From NCBI RefSeq assembly GCF_001949145.1, contig NW_019091362.1, forward strand, positions 2,239,838-2,303,837: 64,000 nt of DNA, read 5' to 3'. The DNA comes from Acanthaster planci. Its lineage: Eukaryota. This document shows positions 12,201-24,000 of the stretch, one piece after another (position 1 is the first letter of the stretch; each line of letters starts with the position of its first letter). The translations under genes were made by a program, and so were the position numbers. Under the pieces are notes generated by a model that was not told the origin of the DNA, did not search any database, and saw nothing but the letters and a program-made list of their open reading frames with translations.

Positions 12201-14544
12201 TATGTCTTGAACCCCTGAGACGGCTTTCTGAAGTGATATTTATCACTGTTGTCTATACGTGGCAGCTTATCCCTAGCAGTATAGCACAGAACAACCTCAA
12301 CCCCATGGGCTGCATGCGCGTTCCTTCACTAGCACAAGGCATGGTGGGAACCAACATGGTACGGTACAGCAAGATCGTACCCATAGGAACAAGATTGCTC
12401 ATAGAGAGCTTACAAGTACACCTAGAGGTGACGCGGGGCAAGTATAATTGTCCTAGAACACATGAACAACTTGGAACCTCACGGAAGCCTATGCGTGCAC
12501 GTGAAACGCGCATAAGTGCAGTGATGAGACGTGACGCTCATCTAAATTGATGACGTCAGAAAGATAAAAAAGCTTCATGCGCGTAGAAGTCTACGGACGT
12601 ACTGAACCGCGTGAGCACGTCAGCGATAATGCCAGCGTAATCGAGCACAATCTCGCCCTGTTCTTGTGCCAGAGTTGCATAACGTAAGAGAATAGGCCTG
12701 TCATCTCCAGCGTTACGGTTATGTCCATGGCGGGACCATCATGAGCGACTGGTGTCAGGCCTATTCCTTTACGTTACGCCAAGTTGAAGTTTGCCCAAGC
12801 ACAGGGCGACATGATTATAGATTACGCTCCCATTTAACACGCTTACAGGATCACGCAGTTCAGTCCGCAGTCTTCTACATGTACGCACATGACTTATTGA
12901 AAATTATACTGCGGTCATCGGACCTCGGATAAGCCTAGTGAATATAATTATTTTTTTAGTATAGTATTGGGCTACGACATGGGGCAATGGAGATATTAAT
13001 TTCTGAAAATCTGGCATGACGTAGTAAAAGCTCGTTTTAAAAAAGTTTAAAATTTCATCCTTCTTTTAAATGACAAAACTCCATAAAAAGAATATACCGC
13101 CTACAACGCCCAAAATGTGTCGACCCTTTCCAAACGCGCATCGTGATTGGCCAACACGTTGCAAACTCTTGCAGGCGCACTATTGTGAATCGCCCGTATT
13201 GTTCGTGCGTAATGGGACGATTTTACGCGTCCAGCGTCACCTCGTGTGACTTCGTTGTTAGTAACAGCGCCACCAAGTGCCAGCTTGATGTGTAGTACCG
13301 TGAATGGAAACTTGGCAATACGCCAATACAGAGTGAGCTCGAAAGAATGCACTGCCAACCATAATCCAGCTACTAAAGAAGCGCGTCCGGCAGTTGTCCT
13401 GACACGATGGTAAATTACAAACGGAATGCTAACTGATATTCCCACAGTTTCTCTGGCTTTGTGCCACAGATCTGCCTTACCCGTATCTATCCCACGCAAA
13501 TGTGCACTTTCTCTCCCGCCTACGTATCGTCTGATGGCTTTCAGGATTATTCTTAGACAGTGACGTAAATCTGCCTCGACAAGTGGAGGACTAGGGATCA
13601 ACATGAAATTCATGAATGTGTAATGAAATGTTTATACTAGCTACGGAGGCTAAAAACCAACTCGAAATTAAACAATCTCGAAAATGCTGTATTATCAGAA
13701 ACTTGCATTTACGATGCAGAGTAGTGACATGTAATAACCGATTCATTGCAGTGGTGGTTCAAACGTTTTAAACGTCTTAACAATGACATTTGAAAGATCG
13801 ACGTGCGGTTCTTATTTCTTATCCCATCTGCGCAATTTTCTCTGTTCAGCTTTTGAAGGGCTTACATTTCCCAGTGTGGTATACCTCATCTCATTGGCCC
13901 TGTTGTCATTACACCTTTCCCCTGTGGAAAGAATTTCCGCGGTGGTTTGTCCTTCAATTGTAGTCAACAGTTTTTGCCTTGTTTAGCAGGATACGACAAA
14001 AGCTGGACAACGTTGTTACCTGGCGGTTACATTTCGTCGTTTTACTGTCGAAGGTTTAAAAAACCAATCCGTAGAATTCACCACTAGTTTGTGGAAAGCC
14101 TCTCCCTCGAGATTCTGTCGCTTCAACAGGGGGATTAGGAGATCCGTCAAAACAAGGCGAAACAAGAAAACAAGAAGTTCATAAATCTTTCTAAGCCATA
14201 GCTCAAGGTGAAGTTGTTTTATGGAGGAAATGTTTACCAACTATCTTAATTGATTGTTGTTTTTCTGGTTATAGGCCTCCACAATAAAAGCTGCCGTGTT
14301 GCCTGTGGGCGGCGCAATCATCGGTGGTTGTCTCGGCGGCCCAGTGGGTCTGTACGCCGGCCTTAAGGTCGGCACTGTGGCCGCCATAGGGGGCAGCGCT
14401 CTGGGCTTCGTCAGTGGCCGGCTCTTGAAGAAACGGAGGGACAAACAGGCAAGCGTGGAGCTGGAGGAGATGGACAGGGCTCAACAGCCGAGAAGAAGAG
14501 CCTCTGATCCGGGGCCTTCCAGCATGGAGAAGAAAAACAGATGA
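6103..14544 (+). CDS. STX17: Syntaxin-17 (autophagosomal Qa-SNARE), complete spliced CDS, 342 aa
   Basis: Join 6103-6267, 7767-7832, 8634-8880, 9384-9577, 10406-10492, 14275-14544 (1029 nt, all GT-AG, phases 0,0,1,0,0). The protein has LKRFEPSVQKFTKTVVPTDLERLRQHRVNIEK, QLKANIREMEK, a SNARE motif and the Gly-zipper hairpin LPVGGAIIGGCLGGPVGLYAGLKVGTVAAIGGSALGF, all matching vertebrate STX17. Confidence 0.95.
7039..7360. mobile_element. hAT-family MITE with perfect 8-bp TSD in an STX17 intron
   Basis: Imperfect TIRs CATGGGCGTTAAT/ATTGACCCCCTTG; GACTGGTG duplicated at 7031-7038 and 7361-7368; second copy at 40799. Confidence 0.88.
7767..7832 (+). CDS. STX17: STX17 coding exon 2 (FQKQKNWAKLTTEQVNARQTVQ)
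   Basis: ttccAG acceptor and GTaatt donor; 66 nt; aligns to YQRCRIWDKLHEEHINAGRTVQ of human STX17. Confidence 0.92.
8634..8880 (+). CDS. STX17: STX17 coding exon 3 (QLKANIREMEK...STEDFE)
   Basis: cgcAG acceptor and GTgagc donor, ends in phase 1. Confidence 0.92.
9384..9577 (+). CDS. STX17: STX17 coding exon 4 (linker and first half of the SNARE motif)
   Basis: ttcAG acceptor in phase 1 and GTaagt donor; encodes ESLENLQKDLVSLNSLLHQFATHVR. Confidence 0.9.
10406..10492 (+). CDS. STX17: STX17 coding exon 5 (VQGEAVDNIADNIDKSEENVTTGRRHLIK)
   Basis: Strong polypyrimidine acceptor and GTaatg donor; contains the SNARE zero-layer Q in QGExxDNI. Confidence 0.93.
11428..11812. mobile_element. MITE-like element with short TIRs
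   Basis: AAGGGATTGTATATTTGGGGACCCC vs GGGGTCCCAAATATACAACCTGCCCTT inverted pair. Confidence 0.5.
12575..12892. repeat. Palindromic MITE-like element (long imperfect hairpin)
   Basis: Nested inverted pairs: TAACGTAAGAGAATAGGCCTG/CAGGCCTATTCCTTTACGTTA, TCGCCCTG/CAGGGCGA, AGCGTAATC/GATTACGCT, GTAGAAG..CTGAAC/GTTCAG..CTTCTAC. Confidence 0.75.
13115..13196 (+). mobile_element. Partial copy of the palindromic MITE at 63199-63365
   Basis: TGATTGGCCAACACGTTGCAAACTCTTGCAGGCGCACTATTGTGAATCGC matches 63313-63362. Confidence 0.75.
14275..14544 (+). CDS. STX17: STX17 last coding exon (hairpin TM segments, basic tail, stop)
   Basis: atAG acceptor; Gly-zipper TM hairpin; ends MEKKNR-TGA. Confidence 0.94.
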   Translation, partial: ASTIKAAVLPVGGAIIGGCLGGPVGLYAGLKVGTVAAIGGSALGFVSGRLLKKRRDKQASVELEEMDRAQQPRRRASDPGPSSMEKKNR

Positions 14545-15193
14545 AGCTGGGCTAGCGACTCTGGGGAAAAGGGAAGAAAAAAAGTGCACCAAGAACAGCA
14601 GGGACGCTGGCAGTGAGAGTGAATATCCTCAGCAGTTAAATGTAAGACTTGACGGGGTTGTTTTGCCGAGGACTATAGTTTTGATCGGCTGCAGTATCAT
14701 CCCAACCCTTGGTGTTTAAGCACACAGTTTATCTGCTTTGTGACGGAATCCACGGGAAATAATGCGCCCAGTATACTTGAAAACGTGGTCGATGAGATTT
14801 TTTCAAAATTTATGCACCTGCTTCAACTCGGCACAAAGGCTTTGCTAGTTCTGAATTTCTCAGTGCGTTGTGTGTTTCTTTTTACAATTGAACTTGACTC
14901 TCCTCAGTTTATCAGTTTATTTAAACGCATAGAAATCGGAAGTTCTATGAGAATCTGCATGTTTTTCATTTGTTTATTTATTGTAAACTGCATGATGTGA
15001 CTTGCCATATCTGTGCACATATCTTGCTTTCTTCGGGAATTCTTGTATGTGTAATAAATTGAAATCTAGAATAGCTTCCCAGTTCAGTCATTAGTGTCAA
15101 GGTATTAATACCTTAAAGATATGCCGCACAAATGCGAGGTGTTTAACAAAAACGTAAGTTGTTGAAAATTCTTCTTAACCAAGAGTTATAGGC

Positions 15194-15439
15194 CAGGGCC
15201 GTTTTCCAATACTCGACTTCGTCTCCGTCTCAGGCCTCGTCCCCAAAACCAGTCCCCGATTGTGGGCCTGAAGCGTTTGAATTACATTGGATTACTGTAT
15301 TTTTTGGCTTTCTTGCATCTTATTTGATGTTTTGTCCCACTATTGGACTGATTACTGCACTTACAGCTTCAAAGTCAGCTTATAAAAGACAGTTGAAGCC
15401 TGAGACGGAGCCGAAGTTGAGTATTGGAAAACGGCCCTG
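15194..15439. mobile_element. MITE (PIF/Harbinger-like GGGCC termini) downstream of the STX17 stop
   Basis: About 45-bp TIRs: CAGGGCCGTTTTCCAATACTCGACTTCGTCTCCGTCTCAGGC vs GCCTGAGACGGAGCCGAAGTTGAGTATTGGAAAACGGCCCTG; no clear TSD. Confidence 0.8.
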
Positions 15440-17138
15440 CAGGAAGCACGTTAAAGTGTCCAGGATAAAGATATCATATACCTCTTGCAGATGGTTTTGT
15501 TTGGGTTTTATCTTTTTATGTTTTTCGAGGATTTAGTAATTATGAAATTGATGTACAATGAATTAGAGGGAGTTTGGTTTTTGGAAGCAATGGGAGACTT
15601 TGAGAGGCATGGAGCCGGTCCTTTTCCGCGGTTGTACGCGTGCTCAGAACTTACGCGCATCAACATAAAAAGGACCGTTGTGTCTGCCGCCTCCAAGCGT
15701 CTCAAAGTCCCCCTTTCTGGCAAATCTATTGCTTAAGAACACAAGCCTCTTCACTGAAATTTCCTTCCAGGAGTTGGAATCCGCACCTCACAGATCGCCG
15801 TTTCGTATAATTTTGCTCGATTGTGCTTATTTAGGGCTTTCCTTTTCTTCCATTTACCCTGGATGTGATGGCGTCGCGCGTTTAAAACTCCATTCCACAG
15901 TGCTCTGAATAGTCGTGTATTTGTAGGGTTGCTCTAGGCGCGCTCAACTGACCTTAAGGGACAGATGGTGCTGGCGTGGGCGCAACATGACACCAATGCT
16001 CTTTTGATCAAGAGAAACAAAGAAAAATTGTATTGAATATAGTCCTGTATTCATTTGATTCCTGATGGAGACATTCCTCGTTATAGCTAAGAGGGTTTTT
16101 TTACATGTAATTATCACTATATGTGAATATGTACATGACTTTGTAACGAATAAACGTAAAGTACACCCAGTGTGAGACTAAATTTCTGGCACAGTTTCTT
16201 AAATTTCGCAGTGATAAAAAGCATTTCCAAAGAATTTTACCAAACTTGAGTCAATGAACTCATGAAGTATAGGAATGAAGGTCTTATACTAGTTGTATAT
16301 TTATTTTTACAAAAAGGTTCATTTAGGGTACTTGTATGAATTCCTTCACGTGTAAATACTGTAGTTTGCAACATGTGACTGGCCCCCTCGAAGCTAGTGG
16401 TTTCGGTTGTGTATTTAGATGAAACGGCATGCTCGTAAATTGCACGTACAAGGATTGTATTAATCGGTACAGGTTTTAGTGTCGGTAAGATTACTTGCCA
16501 TTTTGCTGATTTTTCAAATCCGCACTTTTCCCGTCAAGCCCTCGTTTGAGTTCCATGGCAACGCAGTTCTTTGGTCTGTATCAAAACTTTAAACTTAGCA
16601 GATAAGTTTCAAGGAAGTTTTGTCTTTTAATAGTTAGATAATCCGGAAATTTTCATTGTTATCGAAAGAATTGATACACTTCGTATTTCTCTGTTTCTGG
16701 ACACCCAAGAACTGAGTTCAAGTGTGAACAGGGGTCTTTTATTATTGCGTGCCTGTGTACAATCACGAAATAACCAAAGGAAGGTATGGTTATTATTTTC
16801 AGTTGAAGCATCATTTTACTTTCCCGTCATGATTATTCATTTAGTCACCAAGTAAACCGTTAATGAATTGTACAGTACATGTTCTCCTGAAGTGTGTTTA
16901 GGGAATAAAAAAAGGACATTGTCAAATTTTGAGGGTCTTTTTTTTTTAATATTATTTAGAAATATCAGAAACTGGTGTTTGCCAAAATTCCTTGAAATGG
17001 TCTAGAACTATAGTTTTAGGAGTTTGATAGAAATCCCTTTTCTTCACAACGGACAAATTCTGCGTAATAAAACTGTCGTTTTTGTTTGACACGGTGCAAA
17101 GCAATCAATTCCGCAAAGCAATCAAATCAAGTTGCACA

Positions 17139-17381
17139 CACTGCAAAAACTGGGGTGTTAAATTTAACACCCGCGGTGTTATCAGAAGACTACACCAACA
17201 CTTTTCACTGGTGTTAAAATTTTGGTGTTATTTGGTGTTACTTGTAACACCTTCTAGTGCACTGTAACACTTATAGGTGTGCAGAGTAACATCATCAGTG
17301 TTAAAGTAACACCCTATATTAAGGTGTGGTCATCTGATAACACCCAAAAGTGTTCAGTTTAACACCCGAGTTTTTACTGTG
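17139..17381. mobile_element. CACTA/EnSpm-like MITE
   Basis: CACTGCAAAAAC...GTTTTTACTGTG termini, CA on both flanks, many internal TAACACC/GGTGTTA subterminal repeats. Confidence 0.72.
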
Positions 17382-20300
17382 CAGGCGATAACCATCGCTA
17401 TCAGCAGACCCAAAGTGCAATTTCATCCGTCAGCGCTGACAGATGGTAAAACCCGCAGGAGCCATTGTCATGATGTACGAAACGACAGTTGTTTGGCCAC
17501 GCTTTCAATTAGTCTGGTTCCACAGTCCGGCGACCGTAAACGACTCTTCAGAAAGCGTAGATGAGATATAGCTGCAACGTGATTCACATCATCTCCTGCC
17601 CGTGTGAGAGTCATTGGTAGACCTATACCGTACTACCTTAAAGCCACACATTATCAAACGAACGATGCATGGACGAGGCTATTTCGTATAGGAAGACCTG
17701 CGTGTGCCACCTTTTCACATTTTTATCGTGCACGAGAAAAAAATTATGGTGAACTTACACAAAAGAAAAGAACAAGTGAGGTATATGTAAACGAAAGCAA
17801 AACTACAAGGTATGGTGTACTGACCAAAAGGGGTAAAATAAATCCAGTCCTTAGGCTTTATGAAATATTGATGCTTTGCGTAATGCATCTCAATACCTCG
17901 TCTCACTTGCCTACTGAAAGCATTTAACTATTGCTATAGAGAGATAAGTGTGATACCAATATTCTAGTCTTACCCTGTGTTTCGTCATCAAATGATGCTT
18001 TACATGCTATTTTCGTTTCTGTCTCGGTTTATCTTTCGTTGCACACGTGACTGCTGTCTTTCTTTGCATTTCATCTGAATGTCAGTGACCCTACCCCGTA
18101 CAATAAACGTCTTCTACTAGTACGTACATGCTGCATGTGTTTGTGAGTTAAAAATTCCACACACACGCTTTAATTTTTCGGCCCAAAGACGAGGGGGAAA
18201 AGCGAATTACAATGTAAAGCATCTTAAGTGAATTGTAAATAATGCACGATTTGTAAACTTGAAATGTTCAGTTTTCAGACACCAAAGTCCTTAAAGGAAC
18301 GAAGCGATTGGAAATATACCTTATTGAAAAAGAGAGCTTTGGAATGTTTTTCCAATGTAGTGTGTAACACTAACACGGATAGCCACGTGGTCACGTAAAG
18401 GGGCGTCGTCCGCTTCGGGGCTCTGAATATGCATGGCGTTTCTGCGTCAGCATATGCCCGAGGCCAACTTTGTACCGAGCTGTTGCTTTCACAACTAGTT
18501 TATTCAAAAAGATGCCTACGTACGAATTGCTTAGTTTCGATCAGCAGGTATAAACACTGCCCATTGTAGTCAAGTATTGAAGGCCGCATCCTGAAAGTCT
18601 TCCAAAGGCTTATTGTTTTCCTTAGCCAAGTAAATTTCCCTATAAGTTTTTGTGAATTTTTATGTGTGGCCTTTGACAGAAGTGGCAAGTTTCTTTTGCT
18701 GTCCAGTGTATTTGCGTCGTAAGTGTTATCGCTGTGGTTGCTTTTTGTGAAGAGGGGTTGGTTCGTTTTTCCACTGACGACCAGCCATAGCTTGTCGACC
18801 TACGAGCGTGACATAGCGTGCAAAAATCTGTCGAATGTGGGTGCCCATTAAAGGAAAAAGACATGCCCTACACACCAAACTTCCCCCGTGGAGGGGACTA
18901 GTAACAACACAATATACTAATTTTTTTAATTAATCTCGTTATTTTTCTTGCATTCTCAACTTTTATTTTTTCCCTCGAATTTCGTAACACAAAACGAGCA
19001 AAACGTTTAACACAAGCAAACGGTGTCGTGGACAAGTATACTGAACAACGTTTAGTTACACTGATGCTTAAAGTACTGTGTAAGACATGCTTGCTGGGAA
19101 ATTTAGCAAACTTTGGTAGGTTCATTACATTTACAGTCAGCTGTTCATACATCCCAGTGGTTTAGACAAAATAGTTTGCAAAAATGACAGATTCTTTCAC
19201 AGTCTAGTGTCATCTTTCCCCAAACGTGATTGCAAATAAACTCTCTACGATTGTATAGCTTTTGATTTAAAAATACATCAAGGTTGGCCGTGCCTTTGAG
19301 ACTTAGGATTTTTGGCTTTTTGCATGACCTGCCGCAGTGAAACATTAGATTCAAACCTAAAAAACAACATTTAAATACGTGTAGGGGCCTTGTACAAAGA
19401 AAAACCGCCGCACAAGCGGGTTCTTCTTCAGTTCTGCACTGAATTACTGTGGTGTCACTTTGTCATGAGTTTACCCTTTCCCTCTGAGCCATGTCTGACA
19501 ATATGCAGTCGTTTTACACGTAAGACACATAGCATGAACAGGACCACAGTCATATGACTTTTTTATAAATCGATTTACCATTGTTGGACGACCTTTCAAG
19601 CGGTTAGTTTGTCTGAAATATTGAAGGCGAAGTTTTGTCTCGGAGCCCTTGAGACACTCGGCAATCAATAACTATGGTTTAGCCAATTTCAGAGATTAAT
19701 AATGCAAAAAGCGGTCGCTTGTGCGGTATGTTTGATCGTCGACGTCGTGAGAAGATATGAACTGTCATAGTCGTCTTGCTCTTACGAGCGATGCATCTTT
19801 TATAGGTACATGCTGTGCACAAAACGTTCATTCCAGGCGTCTATAATTCATGACTGCATAGGGCTCATCCAGTGTCTTGGGTGACGTCTTTGCTGTACAG
19901 CCCACGTCGGATCATTATAGTTATGCATTCTTGTATTAGATACACGGGCGATTTGTAAGCTCACATGCTCAATATAGCTTTTCATTACGCAATTTAATGC
20001 CATGACAAAGATGCCATGCTTCACTGTGCTACTGCAAAGATCTTTTTTCCGTAACTCTTTAAAAGTAATTTTGCTGCCCCGAACGCTTCATTTTGGCCTA
20101 AACATTACCGCAACCAATCCAGCTTGTAAAAAAGATACCTCAAATGTAAATTGTGTATCACAGGCATTGGTCGTAAACACGAAAATACTCTTGTGTAGAG
20201 GTATATTATCCCAGCGTTCAACAGATATGCTCATATACTTGCTGCGGACAATCAACATCATTTGCTTAGGTCAAGACTACATTTCCAAGCTTTGTGAAGT

Positions 20301-20863
20301 TGGTGTTTTCAGACAATCTGAATTTTCTTCTTTATTCTTAAGATTCTTAGAATGGAACTTTTCTAAGGAAACTTGACCCGTACCCCAGAAACTTATAAAC
20401 ATAATATTATTTGAACCGTGTTACCTTTTTTCTCATTCTGTTGGAACGCAAAAAATACGCAAAATCATATGTAAAGAGTACGAGACGGGTTCACAAAAGA
20501 GCCCATAACTTTCAATCGTGCCTAGCAGTTTTATAGGGCCTCTCCTTCCTCCAAAGTAAATTAATGACTTTCTATGTGTTTAATTTAAATATTCAACCTT
20601 TTTTGTCTGTAGACCTACTTTTACATTACCATAGGACGTAGGCCAATATTTCTCCACTGAATATGCGTACATTTTTGCTGTAAAACGCCCAACGATTTTT
20701 ACCTCAAAAGACAAGCTCTCTAACTGATATCGTCTATATACATACAAAATTAAATAAATTAAAGTGAAATAAATGTACAACATAGTTTGGGTGAAATCAT
20801 TTCACAGCCAGATTATATCTTCTGATTCTAGTCTACGCTGAGTGTTTGAGACATAAATTATTT

Positions 20864-21019
20864 TTAGTCGTCAGGAGGTTCACCGCTTGCGGTTGTGTTG
20901 TCAAAATGTGTTTCTCCCAGAGTGATGGAAGTGGTAGGTAATTGTGTGTTTGCTGCGGCAGTCGGAAAGGTGGACGCGGTGGTTGCATTGAGGTCCTCCA
21001 CATATTCAGTTGATCCCAC
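20864..21019 (-). CDS. LDLa protein last exon: Thr-rich mucin-like tail and stop
   Basis: [54 protein letters not shown]; tacAG acceptor in phase 0; NAT and NTT sequons. Confidence 0.78.
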   Translation of the reverse strand: MGSTEYVEDLNATTASTFPTAAANTQLPTTSITLGETHFDNTTASGEPPDD

Positions 21020-24000
21020 CTGTATACCATGGTGAAAGAGAAAATGGATAGGCCTATACACACTACTGAATAAGAGACGTCTGTGGAAAATTGACGAGTT
21101 TCCCTGTAAAGTTCGAAAAGGATGTCGCTCGGGAGTTCGTACGTCGTCTGGGTTCTAGTCATGAACTCTGTACTCCGATGAATATGTAATCCACTTGTTG
21201 AGGAAAACGCACGATTTGGACATACCTGATGTGCCCTCTTTTTAAACCTTTGTTTGCATCGACGGCTTCAAGATAATGCAATTTAATACGCTCGAGTAAA
21301 ACCATTTTGTTGCAATGAATTTCTATACAGAAATACCAAGACCAAAAGTCTCCGGTTTCTGGTCAGCGCGCGCGTCGCCGTAGACCTGTGCGTCGGCAAA
21401 ATAAAAAAAGTGTTTTATTTGATTTAAAACGATGTCCAAAAGCTGCTAAACTTGTCTAATCGACTGGAATTCAGTTACTGCGTAATTTTAACGTGTTTTT
21501 GATGGGGTACGGTTAAGTAATATGTAAAGAAAAGGAGTGTCTGTAGTTCCCCATACATTTAGTCAGGCACTCTTTTCCAGATGGCGTCATTTCTGTTGTA
21601 TACATTCACATCTGGGAACCAGACAAAAGAATTGGTCTTATGTCCTGTGTACATATACCAGCTGGAAATGCTTTTAAACAGTAAAAAGTGGGGGGGCAAT
21701 CTATTTTAGTGTTGGTACCCGTAGTGGCGGGCATTACTTGTGCATGTAGTCGCGATGGCTTTCAAACGTTACACGTACATCATTTCCAGAAAAAAGTGAG
21801 GGTAAAAAAAAAGCCCCGTCGCTGCAGCACTTCTGATGCCAGCTCCTGACTAGAAACCGGGGACTTTATTTGGCCTAAATGTTAAAGTATTTTTCGATGT
21901 GTGTATTAATATTATAGCAGCGGCCGCCTTGACTAAAAGCCTTCAGGGAAGCTACCCTTCTCGTAAAAATGAAGTTTGTGTCAAACGTCAAATCATCGAA
22001 GGTAAATTAACTTAATGGATCTTCCGTATAGAATTAATATTTTGCAGTACCTCGTCAATGAAGTGTGGAACGTAGGTTGAGCAACCTCGTTCTTCGCTGC
22101 CGTCATTGCAATGCACCTCTCCATCACATAGCCACTCCTCCCAAATGCACTGTGATCTGTCCTCACATTTGACTTTGTGAGCAGGGCACGAGAATGTTGC
22201 TGTGTGAGGATCAAAGACGGCAGTGTGAGTGGGCCGTAGAGTTCAATCAAGCTAACAATGATGGCCCAACTTTATTATTCATTACCTGTTTGATTCGGTT
22301 TTTCTCCAGTAAGTAAATTGATTGGTCTCTCTTGTGTTGTTTTGTTTTCACTTTTGCTTTTCAAAAAATGGAAAACAAACTGAAGTGCCTTTAGGGCCTT
22401 TAGTGAAGTGCCTCTAGGGGCTTTGCAGACGGACGTCATTAAGACGACCCACGAATGAATACTGACCAAAACAACTAGCATGCATTTGTACATGAGGTCA
22501 AGTGTAATTTGTATTATTACATTTATCGAATGATTCTAAGCTGAGATATCTTTGTCTGAAAATAATTCCTTGACCCAGGTCCTCTAAATGCAGGCTTAGA
22601 TCCGTCACATTGGCAACCCTCTTTAAGCCTGCCCTTGAATGTGAAAGCCGGGTCTTACAAAACGGAAAATGTGAAAAGGGTCCAAGCGTCATAAAATCAG
22701 GCATCCAAAAAGGAAACCGGGTGGCATTTTTTCTGTCAGTGCGCACAAACGGGGTTGATGTGACACACGCACGCACGCGCAGAACTTGCACTTCTGCACT
22801 GGCGCTAACACCAAACCGGCCCGTCACGCCCTCAAACTACAAGCAAGCCGAGTGATGGAGAGAGCGTTGCATAGCCTTTTAGTTTGGTATGGCCCCATAG
22901 ACTCACCGCAGCCCCACTCGTCGCTGCCATCATCACAGGCGGAAATACCGTCACAGCGAAGGTTTGCAAGGTAACATTTGGAGCCGTCTGCGCAAGGCTC
23001 ATGTTGGCAATGCCACGCGGGTGCTACTGGAGACGAGTTATTCAAAGATCCTGACGAAAGAACATGGAGAAATCAATTATTAAAGGTGAATTTGGTTGTC
23101 TGGTTAACATTCACCCCCAAGAATGCATGTTAAATTGAACTCCTTTTAATGTAGCCTAACCAAAATAATACCTTTGAACCAAGCCGACCAACGATATTAT
23201 TCAATTAATATCAAAGTAACTGTTAATTGAATGACTACAAATATTGCTCATTGCTATCCCAACATATTTACTGACTTATTTCAGAATGTAAAGAGCCTTA
23301 AAATGTAAAACAGGACGGAAAGCGGGAGCAACATTTCTCAGCGCAGATCTCAGAGCTTGCTTGGTGTAAAAGACCAGAGCAAAAATACATGAAACAGCTG
23401 CTATTGGATCAGCCCACACGCTTGCAGTGGTCAACTGGGACCAGCCAAAATGAATATGTTGCTGGTCGAAATAGGTCAAAATGTTAATTTCCCTTATTGT
23501 GGCAAATCATCCCCTAAAATGTTGGTCATATTTGATTCAACGCAATTAATTGTCGATTTCTGTAAAAAAAAAAAAAACACTGCTCGCTATGGCTGATTAA
23601 TGTGACAAACAAATTCGGTTCAAGGCAAGTCGTACGGAACAACTAGAAAAAGTCCCATGCATAGCCAATGGACCGTTGTGGATTGAAATGACTGACCGTT
23701 ATTCCCCTCTTGGATCGGGCAGTCTGCTTCATCGCTTCCGTCCACGCACTGGACAATACCGTCACACTGCTTCGATGTGCTGAAGCATTGTAGGCCGTTG
23801 GCACACTTCTTGAATCCATGCCCGCAGTGAAATGTGGCTAAAGATTAATTCAAAAGGAATATTGACGAGAGCATGAGAAATACAAGTGGATTTCTTCCAT
23901 GTCTGCATGGGGTGTTTCAGCACCGCAGTTAATAAACGAGACTCTCAAAACAAAAATGCTAACATTCAAAACGAGGGAAAAATGCATTATCGTATTATGT

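Noticed and set aside
13500..13560. Cryptic acceptor that would give a TM-less STX17 (…HLIK-DYS-stop)
   Set aside because: Such acceptor-like sequences are common in introns and there is no independent support.
13101..13613. 170-aa minus-strand ORF in the last STX17 intron
   Set aside because: No recognisable domain, and its C-terminal part is read from the MITE also present at 63199; probably a chance ORF.
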